DNA of 64,000 bases, taken from the NCBI RefSeq assembly GCF_964194155.1, contig NC_135896.1:62496001-62560000 (forward strand), given 5' to 3'. Below the pieces are notes generated by a model that saw nothing but the letters and a program-made list of their open reading frames with translations, did no database searches and was not told the origin of the DNA. Source of the stretch: Cetorhinus maximus (Eukaryota). Shown here piece by piece: positions 34,862-49,040 of this stretch (positions are counted from its first letter, which is position 1; every line of letters begins with the position of its first letter). Position numbers and translations under genes: made by a program.

Positions 34862-36860
34862 AGCCTGTCCTGTTTAAAGATAGCTCGCACCTCTTAAAGG
34901 GAGGTGTATTGAGGCTGGAACAGGAACTGACAGTCATGGTTGAACAGAATCTGACCTGAGAAAGAGTGAGGAATGGCACACATGGCTGAAAACAGGCTCC
35001 TAGCCTTTTGGAAGGTCCACTGGAGGTCTCAGTGGAGAAAGTGAAAAGCAGGATCGATACATCCTGTATCCACAGTGGGGGAGGAGGCCATTTAAATGCA
35101 TAGTCAAAATGTAGTGGGAACAGATAGCCATGGAGGTCAATGGCTGGAGTCAAGCCCCAAGGACTTGGACGCAGTGCTGCAAGGAGTTCAATGGCCTCAC
35201 GTGAGTGGTCAAGGTCAGTAAATGCATCTTCAAATGTCATATCCTACCAACTGCACCAGTAATCTCAGACATAACTCAAATTACCATATCCTAATCATGC
35301 ACCTACTAACATCAACCAAGCCTCTGATCAAACATTAATATGCTTCACTGCACCCTCACACATTAAGCACTGTTGGACATCTCACATTCACATCCCATAG
35401 ATTGCACACATTGCTAGCTATTCAACCATGACAGCCACATCACCCAAACTGATTACAAAACATTCACTGCCACACTGCTTCTCTACTGCAGGACAAGCCA
35501 GAGATGCCCACAACCTGTGAAAGGATAAAAAAAATCAAGAGGCAGCAGGAGCTAACCAGAGGGGGACAGATATGCCTGCATGTCCAAAACCACATGGAGG
35601 AGATGGTGTTGGCCATTTTTTGAACATTAATTTCTGAGTCTGTGGCCAGCACAAAATTGAAACTATCAAAGATGATGGCATCTACACACTTTCTTCACAC
35701 ATCCCACTCCCCCTTAATCCACACTCTTCTCATTTATAAACTACAGATGTAAGCATATACCTTTTACTTTCCCCACTTCTCCAACCCCAAACTTACCTTT
35801 GGGCTCTTTCCTTTGGTTCCTGTATAGGGCAGAGGTGACACATGGCAAAGTAATATGCCTGTAGTCAATGGCACCCTGCACCAGTTGGAAGTCTGCAATC
35901 CAAGCAAATTCACATATTTACTCTGTCTGCTAGTCTCTGGCAAGAGAATATAAAATTAGTTAGTTCACTCTCTTTGAGTAGAGAGCCTCAGTGACCTCTC
36001 TGAAGCATCACTGGACAAGAATTTGCGAGATGTTGTAAATATCTCCAGCTCCAGCCTGGATGGAGTAAGATGCATAAATATTAATTGGCACAGTTACCTC
36101 CACCGCCACTGGCAATGTGGCCCTTGCCCTGCTTTGAGATTGCAGTTATGGCTGCAGCAGGTGGCAGATTTCAGTTAGGATGTCCTTACTGAAGCATAGA
36201 TGTCTCATATGTTGTTCCACACTGAGGTCTGGCTAGGGGAATTGCACCCTGAAAACCCTAGACATGTATAGACACTTGCTGGAAGCCTCGCTTATTCCTT
36301 TTTCAGAAGCTTGTCCTAGTCTACATAGTGTCAGTTCATTCTCCAAGTCATGCTATATTCTGAGGGAATGCCTACTAGTGCACCTATGTCTGGAAGCAAC
36401 AGTTTTGTGCAGAAGCCTTGGGAGTCAGCAAAAACTGCTTCAGCACCTGCTAAACCACTTCCTGTACATATTTGCAACTTGAAACAACTACAGAAAGCAC
36501 CAAACGCTTAAAGAATCTTAGAAACAGCCAAGAGAAATCAATTAGCAACTAATCTCTAAGTAGTTGATGACGCCTTTAAATAGCATATAAAATGACTCTT
36601 TGGCTGTGCAAGGTTAAGAGGTGTTAGCTGGATCATTGAGCTCCAAAATGGCACTGCTGCCCTCAATCAGTGATGCTCACTAATTGACATTCTGACCTGC
36701 CTTCTCTGGATAACCTCAATGGACATTTCCTACAAGCACACCAACACTGAAACCACTACGAAGTCTGGCACAATTTACCCAGAAATGGATGCCATTTTGG
36801 AGTTCTAAATGCATTCATAGCACCCAAAAAAACCAATACCAAGTAGCTCAATTTCTCTCC
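34862..36860. mobile_element. Old Harbinger deletion derivative (Myb +, transposase N-terminus -)
   Basis: AMEVNGWSQAPRTWTQCCKEFNGLT*VVK|gtcagt near 35130-35215; EICHLLQP*LQSQSRARATLPVAVEVT on minus ~36095-36175; right end caatttctctcc; same layout as 16913-21274. Confidence 0.72.
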
Positions 36861-37329
36861 TGCAGAGTCTACACCAGGAAGTATAAAGCAGGAAGTATAA
36901 ATTACAGTTAAATATGTATAGAGAGCAGAGTAAAGATTGTTAAAGACAGTTAGGATTAAGCGAGAGATACTAAAAACAGACAGAAAATAAAATAAAGGCT
37001 TAATTTTCTTTAAATCTCCAACACTGGTTAACTTCTGAAGGAATGAGACTCTACACTTTTAATATTACATTTTCAAGGACAGAAAGATTAATTGGAAGTA
37101 ATTATCAATTATCACACCAATTCACTTACTCCTGAATATGACTGTTACAATGTGGCATGGCAGTCTATCCATGTCAGCAGAGTTCTGCAAACAGCCACAA
37201 GGTGCATAAACCATTTTTTGTTTTGGTCAGGGCAAAATGTTGGCCAGAATACTTACAAACCTCACTGGTCAGCTTTGAACAGTGCAATTAGGTTATTTAA
37301 GTTCATGGGATCTTGATTTAATAGGGGTA

Positions 37330-37650
37330 ATTTTGCAAGGCAAGACTTCCAGCACAAAGCTTCAGCAGTGGTGAGCATGAGTTGGAAAATAAGGGCCGCT
37401 GTATTGCAACCTCATCTCAGCTTCCACACTCATTGCTAGTGAGGTTCTGTGCTACCAAGAGCACAGCCCTACAATATTATTCCTCATTAACTCATCCAAA
37501 AGCCAATGCCTACAACATTGCAGGGCTTCTTCAGTTCTACAGCAAATTGCTAACCAAGATTATGTAATCAAATTCAGGGGGTTGACTTGAACCCACAAAG
37601 GTCCCAAGCTGGTAGCAGGAGTGCCACCGCCTGAGCCAAGTGGTGCTTGG
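37330..37650 (-). mobile_element. Degenerate tRNA-SINE
   Basis: gacttgaacccac and cctgagcca reverse B/A boxes. Confidence 0.45.
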
Positions 37651-39529
37651 ATATGTAAATCAAGCTGCTAAAAATTTCTAATTTTCAGGAGGCTCTCCCA
37701 TAAAATTCAATGGCAGATTTTAATAGTAAAAATAAAAGAAGGATGCTCCCTTTGCACAATCTCCTCCAAAATGCAATCTCACGCAGATAAACCACTGGAT
37801 TTTAGAGCACTCTAACTTAGAACTGGTTTAGTTGCAAATATCCATAATCATCCCAATTCACATTACAGAATAGATTATCATTGGATGAGTCAATGATATC
37901 AATGAAAACAAAGAGCTCATCTAGAGGCCATTTCAGAAAAACATAGTTTAATGTTAACTTAAAACATATTTGGAGCATAATTACAACCACTTTAAGTAAA
38001 AGATTAATTATCTGTGATCCATCAATCCCCTTGTAATCTTCATGGGAAACTGCTGTTGCTGTTTCTCAGTAAATGCTACCAAAGAATCCAAAATCTATAA
38101 AATATTTATGGTTTGACGTAAAATTACTTTTGCTGACTGAAGTTAAAACAAAATGTCACACATGTGAATTCACAACTCAACAATTTTTTAACACACCTGC
38201 CCTGTTGCTCTTTTTGGAAGTCTGCAGCAACTAATTAGGTTTCTAGAGCTCAGATTAATATCAATATTTTTAAAAAAACAAGTTTTAGCTTTAACAAAAC
38301 CAAAAGGAAACTGCCATCAACTTATATTTATTAGGGAGCCAAAAGGCTGAAGTTCTTTAACTGCTTGAGTTTATGTAGTCTGAGAAATATTCCAGCACCA
38401 GGAGTTGAACTCCTTCCACGGCTCAGAGGCAATAATTTGTTACAAGAAAAAGGTTCATACGTCTGTGTTATCGTTCTTAAGAATCGAGAAACTACATGAG
38501 AAGACAGAATGTTTAAATGTAGGCATAATTACTGCAATCATTTTTTCTTTAGTTTCCTCCAGACAATCCCATCTCTTAGTGTTGGTAAAACCTGACAGTT
38601 GCATGACAAGGAATGTTTCCCTTTGTAAAAGCCAACTTCCTTTCTGTGTAGTTTTAGCCTAATTGAAATGTTTCCTATTGAGCTCAATCAAGACAGCAAT
38701 TATCTAATTACTCACTTATGCTTTTTCAGCCAAAAATGCCTAGTCAAGCATACTGGAAGCACCAGACAAAGGTTTTTTTTTATTGGTGGAGTTGAGGGGG
38801 GTGGTGGGGGAAGGTGGCGTTGTTACTATTGAAGTATAAAGATCTGGTTCTGTGACTTATAGTTCTAAACATTTAGTTAGGATCCTTCTGTTCATCATGC
38901 CAACAAGAGAATTATGTTAAGATACTTTTGGATTCAGTGCTCTATGTGCTCATCAGATAAGCAAATAAAAAGGAAGACAAAAACATCTTATGTCAAAAAA
39001 CTACTACTCACAAACAATAACTTGATCCTTGAGTTAAAAGATGAATAGGAAGACATCTATGGTAGCATATGTTCTTCAACGAAAATCCTAATCAACCTCC
39101 CACAAACATGTAATTACTTTCTGATGGCCAGTGTGCACTAGTTCTTCGCTCTGGATAGAAAAGCTGTGTTTTTGATTGTTGAACTCATATCAGCAAGAAC
39201 TAAATCAAATCTTCATCCTGAATCTATAGATTATAGTTTTCAAGTCATGTTGGTATGTTTATGTTGACAACTACTTAACATCTAAAAATATTATATCGGC
39301 ACAACAATGTGGTTTTCTGCATTCCATTTCATTATTTCCCCTTTGATGTAGGCATGCATGTAGTACGTGGGCATTGAGACAGATTAAAGTTCAAAAAATC
39401 AAAGATTTTGTAGCAAAGAGTTAATTAAAGTTTTTTGGAGGAGCATCCTGGTGACAATTTACATTAGTGCTGCAATGAATAATAATAGATGGCTTCATCC
39501 CATCATTCTTCAATGGTGAGTTCCCAACT

Positions 39530-39630
39530 TAAGAACATAAGAAATAGGAGCAGAAGACACCATATGGCCCATTGAGCATGCTCTGATCTTTGGTCTCAAC
39601 TCCACTTTTCCACCTGCTCCCCATATCCTC
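39530..39630 (-). mobile_element. CR1 extreme 3' fragment
   Basis: aagaacataagaaataggagcag tail. Confidence 0.7.
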
Positions 39631-39633
39631 AAT

Positions 39634-39996
39634 TGTGCCATCAAGGGAAAGGCTTCACAACAGCAAACAAAGGCTAAAAACAGATCCTCTCACAGCTCAT
39701 GCATGCCTCCTACCTATTTGATTAAGCAATAAATTGATAAAAACGTGCCAGTGTGTCGACTTAGTAGCAGAAAGTTTTAGTATGTAATAAGTTCAGTTGA
39801 TGTATGTTAAATACCCAGTAGTTTAAGGTAATAAGGTGAACAGGTGTTAGGTATCGATTAGTTAATTGTACTCAAATGTGTATTTCAAGAAGAGTCTGTA
39901 AGTAATGGAGGGAATTGTGTTAGAGTGGAAAAGTAAGCTCTATGGTCAGCAATAAACAGTCTCTACCAAAGCTTCCTAGTCTCAGTGTCTTCTTCA
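39634..39996 (+). mobile_element. Possible short solo LTR
   Basis: TG..CA bounded, caat on both sides, aataaa ~40 bp before the end; may be coincidental. Confidence 0.3.
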
Positions 39997-41284
39997 CAAT
40001 CAGGCTAGGGGTTTCTCTGAATTGTTAAAACAGAAGAAAAGAATACATTTAAATATAACTGTTGATTTGAGATTTTTGCAAGCTGGCTTTGGGTTTAGAC
40101 AGCGTAATCAGATGTCTAGATAGAAGATGGGATAGCAAAGGTCTTTTGATACAAGTAAAACATTTGACTTCAATGACATAGATGAACCAATAGTCAATGA
40201 ATAAGAGGTACAGAGAAAGCTACTGTAGGTTGGTCAAATACTTATCAGCTATTCTTCTTTTAATAATTCGTAGGTTTCTTTGGTATCCTTTCAAATGATT
40301 TGTTCAAAAAGCAAATGCTTTCGTGACAAGAAACTTCTAAAACAATGCTAAACAATACAAACTTGTAAGGGTGTGGTTAGAGAGATTATTCAAGACTCAA
40401 AATCTGCTCATCCATTGTAAAGATGCAGTTCTACAAGATAAACTAAGATTAGAACACAGCTGCATCAAGAGCGACATATTAATTGGCAAAGGCAGCACTA
40501 CAAAAGTCCTATTAAGAGTACTCAAAACAATACCTGACTCAAATCCCAATGTTGTGTGCCTTTTCTTGCCACACTGTATCCATTTTTCAATATTTTTTCT
40601 ATTAAATGCAAATAATTTTATCATATAAAACAAAATTGTAATCTAATGGTATCAACAAGCAAAAAATGACTAATCACCAAACCTTAACCACATTCAATCA
40701 CTTGCCAAAACGATTTCTGATGTAGCAATATATTTACCTCTACATATTTTGTTACAAAACAATAAATTGCTTGATTTTAGTATTTTCTGCCTGTCTTTCC
40801 AATTTAATCTTGTAAAACTAGTAGCAGTTTACTAACAAGCCATACTGCTTTGAAAGAAATTAGTCTGAATGTACAATCACTCTTAAATAGCAGGATATTC
40901 TGAAGAAATCTGGAACAGATATTGAATATTATTTTGGTCTGCAGCTTACAATTGAATACCCTTCCGATAGTAGTAAATTTTTATAACATATGACACACAT
41001 TGCCCAGCTACAAGGATTGCTGAAGGTCAGTTTTGTATCTTTTAATTCTGACTGATAGCTGAATGCCAGCAGTCCAGTGACCAAACCTATAATCTTGCTT
41101 AGCTCTCACACGATACAATGAATTCATCACATGAGGAACCATGACCTGCTTATTACCAATTTATGCGCCACTTTAATAATCAAGAATTGTGTATAAATTG
41201 TATAACAAATTATAACTGAGGGGTAGCTTTTCTAAAGTACAACCTTAAGAGTACTTTAAAAAAAAATGTAAAATGATAACTTTA

Positions 41285-41745
41285 TTTTAGGATGTGGGTG
41301 TCACTGGCAAAGCCAGCAATGATTGTCCATTCCTAGCTGCCCTGGACAAGGTGGTGGTGAGAGTTTTTCTTTCACCACTTAGGACTTCATTCCTGTTAAC
41401 TAGGAAGTTCCAGGATTTTGACCCAGCAATGCTGAAGGAATGGTGATAGGTGCCTCAGTCTGATAGGAAATTACTTGAAGGGGAGCCTGGAGGTGGTGTT
41501 TCTATGCACTTGCTACCTTTTTCCTTCTTGGTGGTAGCGCTCAAGTATATGGGAGGTACCGTCAGAGAAGACTTGGTTTCAGTGCACCCAATAGATAGTA
41601 CACACTGTAGCCACAGTGGACAGGCGGTGAAAAGAGTGCATGTTTGAGGTGGTGAATGGGCTGCTGATCAAGTGGACTGCTTTATCCTATATGGTGTCAT
41701 ACTCCTGGCTTGTGTGGGTGGTGGACAAGCTTTGGGGAGTTAGGA
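41285..41745 (-). mobile_element. Degenerate copy of the 23366 LINE 3' end
   Basis: ggatgtgggtgtcactggc..., gttccaggattttgacccag, gtggacaagctttgggg colinear with 23380-23910. Confidence 0.8.
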
Positions 41746-43569
41746 ATATAAATATTTTAAGTTATGTCTAACACTAAATGACAAATGGTTTTAAAAATAG
41801 ATTATGGTACAGTATATTGACTGAGATTTAGCTATCTGCAATATGGTTTAATCTTGGAGGAAACACTTAAATTAGCTTTTTTTTAATACTCTTTTTGATT
41901 CAAAACTGGAATTCGAACAACAGTTTAGTATTCAGAGAGCAGCATTGAAAAAGCACTGAAATTCGTTATTACATACATTATACATCAATGGAATAAATCC
42001 AACTTTGCACCTAGCAATGCAAATGCATAAACTTGTTCTGAGCTGCCATATGTATTTTCCATCCGACTAAAGAAACCAAAATATCTACGTACATAATAGT
42101 ACTATTTCATAGTCAAAGAAAATAGGCTTTAAAGAGTATTACTTTTTCCTGTAAATAATTTCAATCTAATAAATACTTCATAAAACAAACACCACAACAT
42201 ATGGATCATGAAAACTGATACAAAAGGGCGAGAGTGCATAGCTGTTTGTTTCTGGACAGCACAATACACAAATAACAGTGTAATGTTATTTTATCCTAAG
42301 ACCTGTAAGTAGAAGACCATGACCTATTTCTAAGTTAGAAAAAGAATCATAGTTAGTCATTTTCTGTCACTGAGTTAATGAGGTTATAGTTGATTTGAAT
42401 CTTCACATGGACAGGTTTTTTAAAAATAAAATTGATAATACTAAGCCCTGAATAACAGTTCAATAAAACAAATCAGCTGGAAATTGAAAGGGACTTTTTG
42501 TTTATAACATTCTAATATTTCACTAAAATTCACTGCAGCAGATCATATTGGGGCTATTATCAGTTTCAATTAAACAACAGGCAAGCCCACTGTGGTTGTG
42601 AGTCATTATGGAACTTCTGAATGAAACTTTATCCCTTAGACAAAATTTGTTAAGGCAGAAATTACTAATAATGTGATTATAATGCTAACAATCTGCCAAG
42701 TTAAAACCATTAGTTTTAAGTCCCCAAATAATAAATTAAAAACAGAACAACTACTTTCTACTTTATGTCTTTTATTAGTGATCACTTGAATCTAAAGAGT
42801 TTAGCATCATCTACATGCAAAACTTACGTACTGTTTTGACGGCAAATTGTATATTACTTTCAGTGTAGCAGAGCAGAATTTGATTTGGCGTTGCAAATCA
42901 ATGTACATCAGCATTTAACCTTTGCCTTCATCAGAATTAACCCGTAAGTGATAAGAATTTTTGGTGAGAACATCATCATTTGACAATATTTGGCAACACA
43001 ACATACTTTCATTTAGACCGCGAAGATGAACTGGTGATACATAACACACAGCAAACCTCTTTCATAAAACAGTGTTCTTCACTTGAATTATATCACAAAC
43101 TTTTTCTCATGCTTCTTGTCATGTGACATAACCCCTTGCATCTTCAAAGTCTTAATTATGACAACATCAAACAAGCCCAAGAATGGGCAGTTAAATAAAT
43201 GTTACAGGAAGACATATGAAAGAATCTCAATGAATAACTGAACAAAAAATAAAGTAATCATTTTAGATTTTCTGCAGAGCAAAGCAAGTATGCAAAGTAG
43301 TGCAAGTATGCTGCACAAAGTAACTATTCTTCTGCTTACAATCATTGCAAAATTTCAACTCGTATTGCAACCAAATAGCATCCTTACAAATTTCACTCAA
43401 TATAAAAAATAGGTTGTATACATAACAAATAGAAAATAACAGATTGCTTGAAGGATGGAACAGGAAACTCTGGATTTACTTTTATGGTTTGTATCTTTCT
43501 AAACTCTTTAATGGTGTTATATGAAGAATAAATTTGTGACTTCATGCTAAAGATTCCATAGCACACTCA

Positions 43570-44165
43570 TAATGGGAGGGGGGTGGTGAAGGGGGGTAGG
43601 GAGGGAGGAGAGCCTGTCTGGGGAAGGAAGAGACTGTCTGAGGCAGGGAGGGAGGCAGCGAGGGAATGCAAGGGTGCAACAATGTGGGGTGGAGGAAAGG
43701 ACTTTTGTTGGGTCTTGGTGGGGAAAGGGGTTTCCAGGCAAGGATGCTTGGAGAGAGATGGTCCTAGAGGGTGCAGTCAGTGTTGTCGACAGTGGGGTCC
43801 TGGGAGTTGAACTGAAGGTACTGGGCACTGGAGGAAACAGTCACAGTGAGGGAGGGGAGTGGGATGCGGTAGGGTAGCAGGTCCATGGTGATAGTTGGGT
43901 AGCTGAAGGATTCATGGGAGGGGTCACAGAAGTAGATGAAACAGGTGGCTCAAGTAACAGGAGGGGTCAGGGTGGGCATGAGGACAGTAATGGGTGTAGG
44001 CTCAGAGGGGAGGGAAGGCATCAGGAGGTGGATGGTAATAGGTGCAAGGGTAGCGGGGGAACGTTCAAGAGTGACAGAGGGGAAACAAATAATTATATTG
44101 GGTGGGTCAAGGGTGATGGGGAGAAGTTGGTGGGTGACGGGGGAGGAGAGAAGGCTGTGGAGCGA
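43570..44165. repeat. G-rich low-complexity tract
   Basis: Strong G/purine skew on +; Gly-rich spurious ORFs. Confidence 0.55.
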
Positions 44166-44999
44166 GTTTCAAAGGTAATAGGCACCATTTTCCGATTCTC
44201 AAAAACACAATGCAGTTGATGTGAAACTGTGATACTTTGAAGTGAGAGAAGAGTTTTTTTGGTGGGTGGAGTTCAAGGACAGCACAACTGGACAACTAAA
44301 AGGACACCTTAATAATCATGAAGCAACTGGATTAGAACCATACTCATTTGTGTTCTCTCTATGGTGAAGCTCACACGACAGCAGGTTTGTTCCTGACTCA
44401 TAAGTCTCATAACATTGAGATCCTAGTAGGTGTGGAGCTGCTGTTCATTCTGTGCCATTTGCGATCGGCTGCAGACAGAGGCAGGGATGAAGGGAGGGAG
44501 GGAAATAGATGCCTCTAAGGTGCACGGCTGGTGGACAGAGTCAGCAAACACCTCCATTCTCCAGAGAGAATGGTCATGGATGACAAGTGCTAATGTTGTT
44601 CGTCTTTCTATGCTGCCAAGGCATGGTCTCTCTATAGAGTTTCAAGGGTAATGGAGGCAAGCTGAATAGTGTCTGAGGGAAGGTTCTTGCACATGGCTCT
44701 CATCACCCTGCTGAAAGAGCAATGTCTCCATGTGCATTCATGTACAAACTGGAGGGATACCCATCTCTGCTCCTCCAGGATGTCCTTTACCTGGGAGGGG
44801 TGGGGAGGGGGTGCCATGGCTAGACAGAAGCTAGGCACAGGGCTTAGCACTGGCTTGGTGGCTTTGAGATGGAGGCAAACCTATGAAGAACATGCTCACT
44901 ACATTTATTACTTCAATTTGTTCATAGATCCACTGAGGTCTATCTGATGCAGGCTCCAGGCAGCCCTGTCTTTCTACTAACTCTCAGACAACTGAAGAG

Positions 45000-46130
45000 G
45001 ATGGGGAGGGTCCCTCACAGGTTGGCACAGGGCCAGGAGGAGCAATGGTAAGAGCAGCAAGAGGCAGTGAGGCCTTAAGACAGGTCAGGATGCTGGCGAA
45101 CAGGTTCCATACTGCAACAGCAAGCATTGGCCCGACCACAGGTCTGTCGCACACGGTACCTCCAGATGAACAAAAGGCAATGCCGGAAGCGCCTTAGAAT
45201 GTCCCAGAATATGGTTGCACGCATATGCCAGCTTCTCCGTGATGACTTGCAGCAGCAAGGGCTTAGAGGAAATCCCATGCTGGTGGCATTGAAGGTCATC
45301 ACTGCTTTAAACTTCTTTGCCAGTGGATACTTCCAGTGCTCCACAGGCGACCTGTGTGGCATCTCCCAGTCAGCGACACACAAGTACATACAGGAGGTGA
45401 CAGATGCCCTGTTCAGGAGAGCACACCAATTTGTCCAATTATGCCTGGATCCTGAAAGCCAGGCTGAAAGAGCATTGGGACATGCAGCAATTTCAGGTTT
45501 CCTGCAAGTGCAGGGCACTATTGATTACACACATGTGGCCTTGAGAGCTCCCTGGCAATAGCCAGTCACATTCATCAATAGAAAAGGATTCCACTCTTTG
45601 AACGTGCATCTCATATGTGACCAAAGAAGGCAAATTCAGCATGTTTGTGCTCAGTTTCCAGGGAGCTCTCACGATGGCTACATTCTGAAGCATTCCCAGG
45701 TGCCACAAGTTTTTGAAAAACCTCAGCAAATGCAGTGCTGGCTCCTTGGGGTCAAGGGATACCCCCTGAAGACCTGGATGATGACACCAGTTCACCATCT
45801 GCAGAGTGCTGCTGAGGAGAGCTACAATGTCGTACATGCCTCCAGCAGGTCCATGATTAAGTAGACAATATGCTTCCTAAAGATGAAGTTCAGGTGTTTA
45901 GGTTGCTCAGGCGGGGCTATCCAATACTCACCACAGAGAGTGTCCTGGATCATTGTTGTTTCCTGCACCCTGCACAATCTAGCACTACAAAGGGGTGATG
46001 TCATAACAATGAGGACAGTGAAGGGGATGGAGCTGACGAGGGCCAGGATGTAGCCAAGCCACATGCAGAAGGAGTAGCAGGGGTACAACACGGCAGACAG
46101 GCCCATGCCAGTCTGATAGCTACCACATTC
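45000..46130 (+). pseudogene. Harbinger (HARBI1-like) DDE transposase, disrupted
   Basis: ALNFFASGYFQCSTGDLCGISQS, GTIDYTHV, *, NRKGFHSLNV, FPGSSHDGYIL, LLGVKGYP, *, LKMKFRCL, CTLHNL; one frame from 45127 to ~46000 with two stops. Confidence 0.92.
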
Positions 46131-46574
46131 CAAGCAGAGTAGTCTGCTGACACAGCTCCTTAACTTTTTGATTTTCTACCCTCTGGTGGCTGGACGGCAC
46201 CAGCTACTTTTTGGTTATAGGCATTATACTTTTCTCTAATGTACCTTGATTTATGATAGCTGAATTAAATTGCACTAGTTAACATCTGCCCTGCTGGTGA
46301 TTTGATCCTTTGCATGCACCGAACTATGCTAATATGTTGAGTTTGACGTGAAATGTGCGCTTTAGAGCCTGCACGGCACTCTGTTCTCCTGTGATCTTAG
46401 GCACCTGTAAGTAGAATTGAGATTTTACCCATGCCCTCACAAAGCTCGTGTGCGTGGCAACTTGGAAAATCTAATCTCAGCAGGGATGCACTCATGTCAT
46501 CCTCACACCTGCTCCCAAAGGGGGCCAAACCTTGCATAGAACCCTTTTAGGCAATGCCAGATAGATGGGTCCAC

Positions 46575-47400
46575 AGGGAGGAGCAGCAGGAGAACATTTG
46601 GCCCCTCAAGATCACTCCTCCATGCAGGTTGATCAAAGAAGATCGTGTTTTTGTACCACTGATCACCACTTACTCATAGCAAACCCATATCCCTTGATAG
46701 CTTTATCATGCTGAGAAGTTTCAAGGTTATTTTGGAGTCCACTGAGAGTGCCTCACCAGCACTATGGGTTGCTGAGTTGCAACCACTCCAGACCCTCTAA
46801 TCAAAGAGATTCCTACAAGTCTCAGTCCTAGATAGTCCTAATGTTAGTTTGAGACCGTGCTCTGTCATTGTGGACACCCCAGCCAATGTAAAGATCTTTC
46901 CTGCATGGACCCTGCAGAGGGCTGTTGGAGCTGCTGCTGCTTCACATGGATAGCCTCACAGGACTTCGCACAGTCCAGCACACAGACCTATTCTACTCTC
47001 TCTCACCTCATGCACTAAGACCCCGGTCCTTCAGTGATGCCCGATGCACTTTGGTTGCAAATCCTTTCTGTGAGGTCTACTGCCACCCTTGATAAGGAGG
47101 CGAGCAGGCCAAACAAATCTCCATGTGAGGTGTGACAAAGGCTTCAGCCAATTGCACACACATCTCTTAAACTACTCAAATCCCTCTTGCAGTCAGGGCT
47201 AACTTGCCTGTTGCCCCCTTACTTGCAGCCTTCACCTGCGTGTTAGCTCAAAATGACAAATCAAGGAAGTCCATTAACAATTGGATGTGCCCAGCACAGC
47301 TTTCTCCAGACGTGTAGGGCAGCCTCTGGTTTTCTACTGTTAAGAAGACAGTGTAGGGCTTCAGTCTCTCAGCCTTGAAACTGTATCTACAGCATTTCTT
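46575..47400 (-). mobile_element. Highly diverged CR1 3' region inside the Harbinger
   Basis: ttggcccctcaag, cccatatcccttgat, accctct..aagagattcc..tctcagtccta, tgagaccgtgc, ccccagcca colinear with CR1 at 58985-59300. Confidence 0.6.
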
Positions 47401-49040
47401 GTCACTCACATAGCAGATTTAATTCCCCTCGAGCATCCAATCACATCTGACATCAGGGCAACAGAAGCTGGAGATGCAATGACCTCACTGAACACATTTT
47501 CAGAGGTCAGAACGTGGTGAGCTGCAAGTAATGGCTTGCATGATGCTTGGCCAGGCCACACACTCACAAATAAAGGCCAGTGCTGAATTATGCAGATGTA
47601 GGATTATTGAGTGATCACTGTGTTGATAATGTGAGAGAAGTGAATCTATAGGAGTTCATTATTGACCTCAGATGGGAGCCCAAATTCCACACCCTTAAAT
47701 GCCCATGACCATTGAAGCAAATATCCCTTAAATATGGTGCCCAGACCTTCGACCCCATGAGGTAATGGCGGGGATGGAGAATTCCTGCCTGCCCCTGCCA
47801 CGAGATTTGCTGTTTTCCACACAGATAAATAAATAAGGAGCTGAACAGTGCAGATTATCCATGGTCAGCCGTCCCAATCCCCAGCAGAAATAACTCCAAT
47901 TTCCACTCCTGCCACCGAATTTAGACTCCAGAATGGAAGAGCCCGGCCTTGGTTAGCTTTTCATAGAGCTTCTTTTCAATAGAGTTTTGTCTTCTATCAT
48001 CACCATCAGTTGCTATCATTACTGTTTCATGTAATTGGAAAGACATTTTTTATGCAACGAACGAGAGCAGCTAGAATTGGGTTATCTGACAGACAGGCTG
48101 AGAAATAGCTCAGAAATTACTGAGTAATGGTACACAAAGCTATTCCTGCATTTTAATGCAACCTTAAAAATTATTTTTTGCCAATGCTATCTACTATTTA
48201 ACATACACAGCACACGAATAGGGATGCATCACCACAGAATGCACTGGGTCAGCAAAATAATTTATTCTTGTTTATTTAGTTGATGAATATCAGACGGTCA
48301 TTTAGAAAGAAAAGCAGATACAATTTGAGCTGATTTACCCGCAAATGAAACAGTTTGGAAGTAAGTCAAATTAACATAAAAGACAATAATTTGTTGTCTT
48401 GACTGTTGATTTAGGAGGAAAAGCAGACTACTTCTTAGTGGTAACCATAGGTTAAATAAAAGGAGGAAATATAGCTAATTGGGTTTGGTCTACAACAAAT
48501 GTTTCTGCATACAAATCTAAAGCATATTATTTGGATTCCGGTTGAAGTTTCTGTATTTCCTGAACCAGACGTTTCCTATGGTCATCTATTTTTGGTAAGC
48601 ACTAAATGATCAGTGGAAGAAATTATTCAGTGTAAATGTCTGTAGTCATTTTAGCCATCATTCATGTTTAATTGTTAAATAATTTATTAAGTGCCAGTAC
48701 AGATATAACACTGCTTGTAGTTATTGCAATAGATACTTTGGCAGTAAAATGCAGAATCAAGTAAAATTAATTTGAGGAATGTTTAATGAGGATTAGAATG
48801 TAATAGTCAAAAATGGGCCAAAGGGACAAAACGGAATTGCACGGTTTCCTCCTAAAACTGACCAAATATGGATTGCATGGCCGCTTTGCGAAACGGCTCC
48901 ATTTAGTCTGCAAGTATGACCCTGAGCTTCTGGTCACCCATTATTTTAATTCTCCATGTTGCTCCCACTCTGACCTCTCTGTCCTCAGCCTCCTGCAGTA
49001 TTCCAATGTAACTCAACATAAGCTCGAGGAACATCACCTC

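Larger units (their letters stand above)
44350..47948 (+). mobile_element. Harbinger element (left end uncertain)
   Basis: Contains DDE transposase; 47690-47948 resembles right ends at 34180-34388 and 58350-58586. Confidence 0.65.

Noticed and set aside
36876-36902. caggaagtataaa duplicated in tandem
   Set aside because: Simple 14-bp local duplication.
43547-44295. Gly/Pro-rich ORFs
   Set aside because: Products of G-rich low complexity; no recognisable domain.
45127-45864. Domesticated HARBI1 gene
   Set aside because: In-frame stops, altered catalytic motif (GVKGY) and transposon ends nearby indicate a dead transposon copy.
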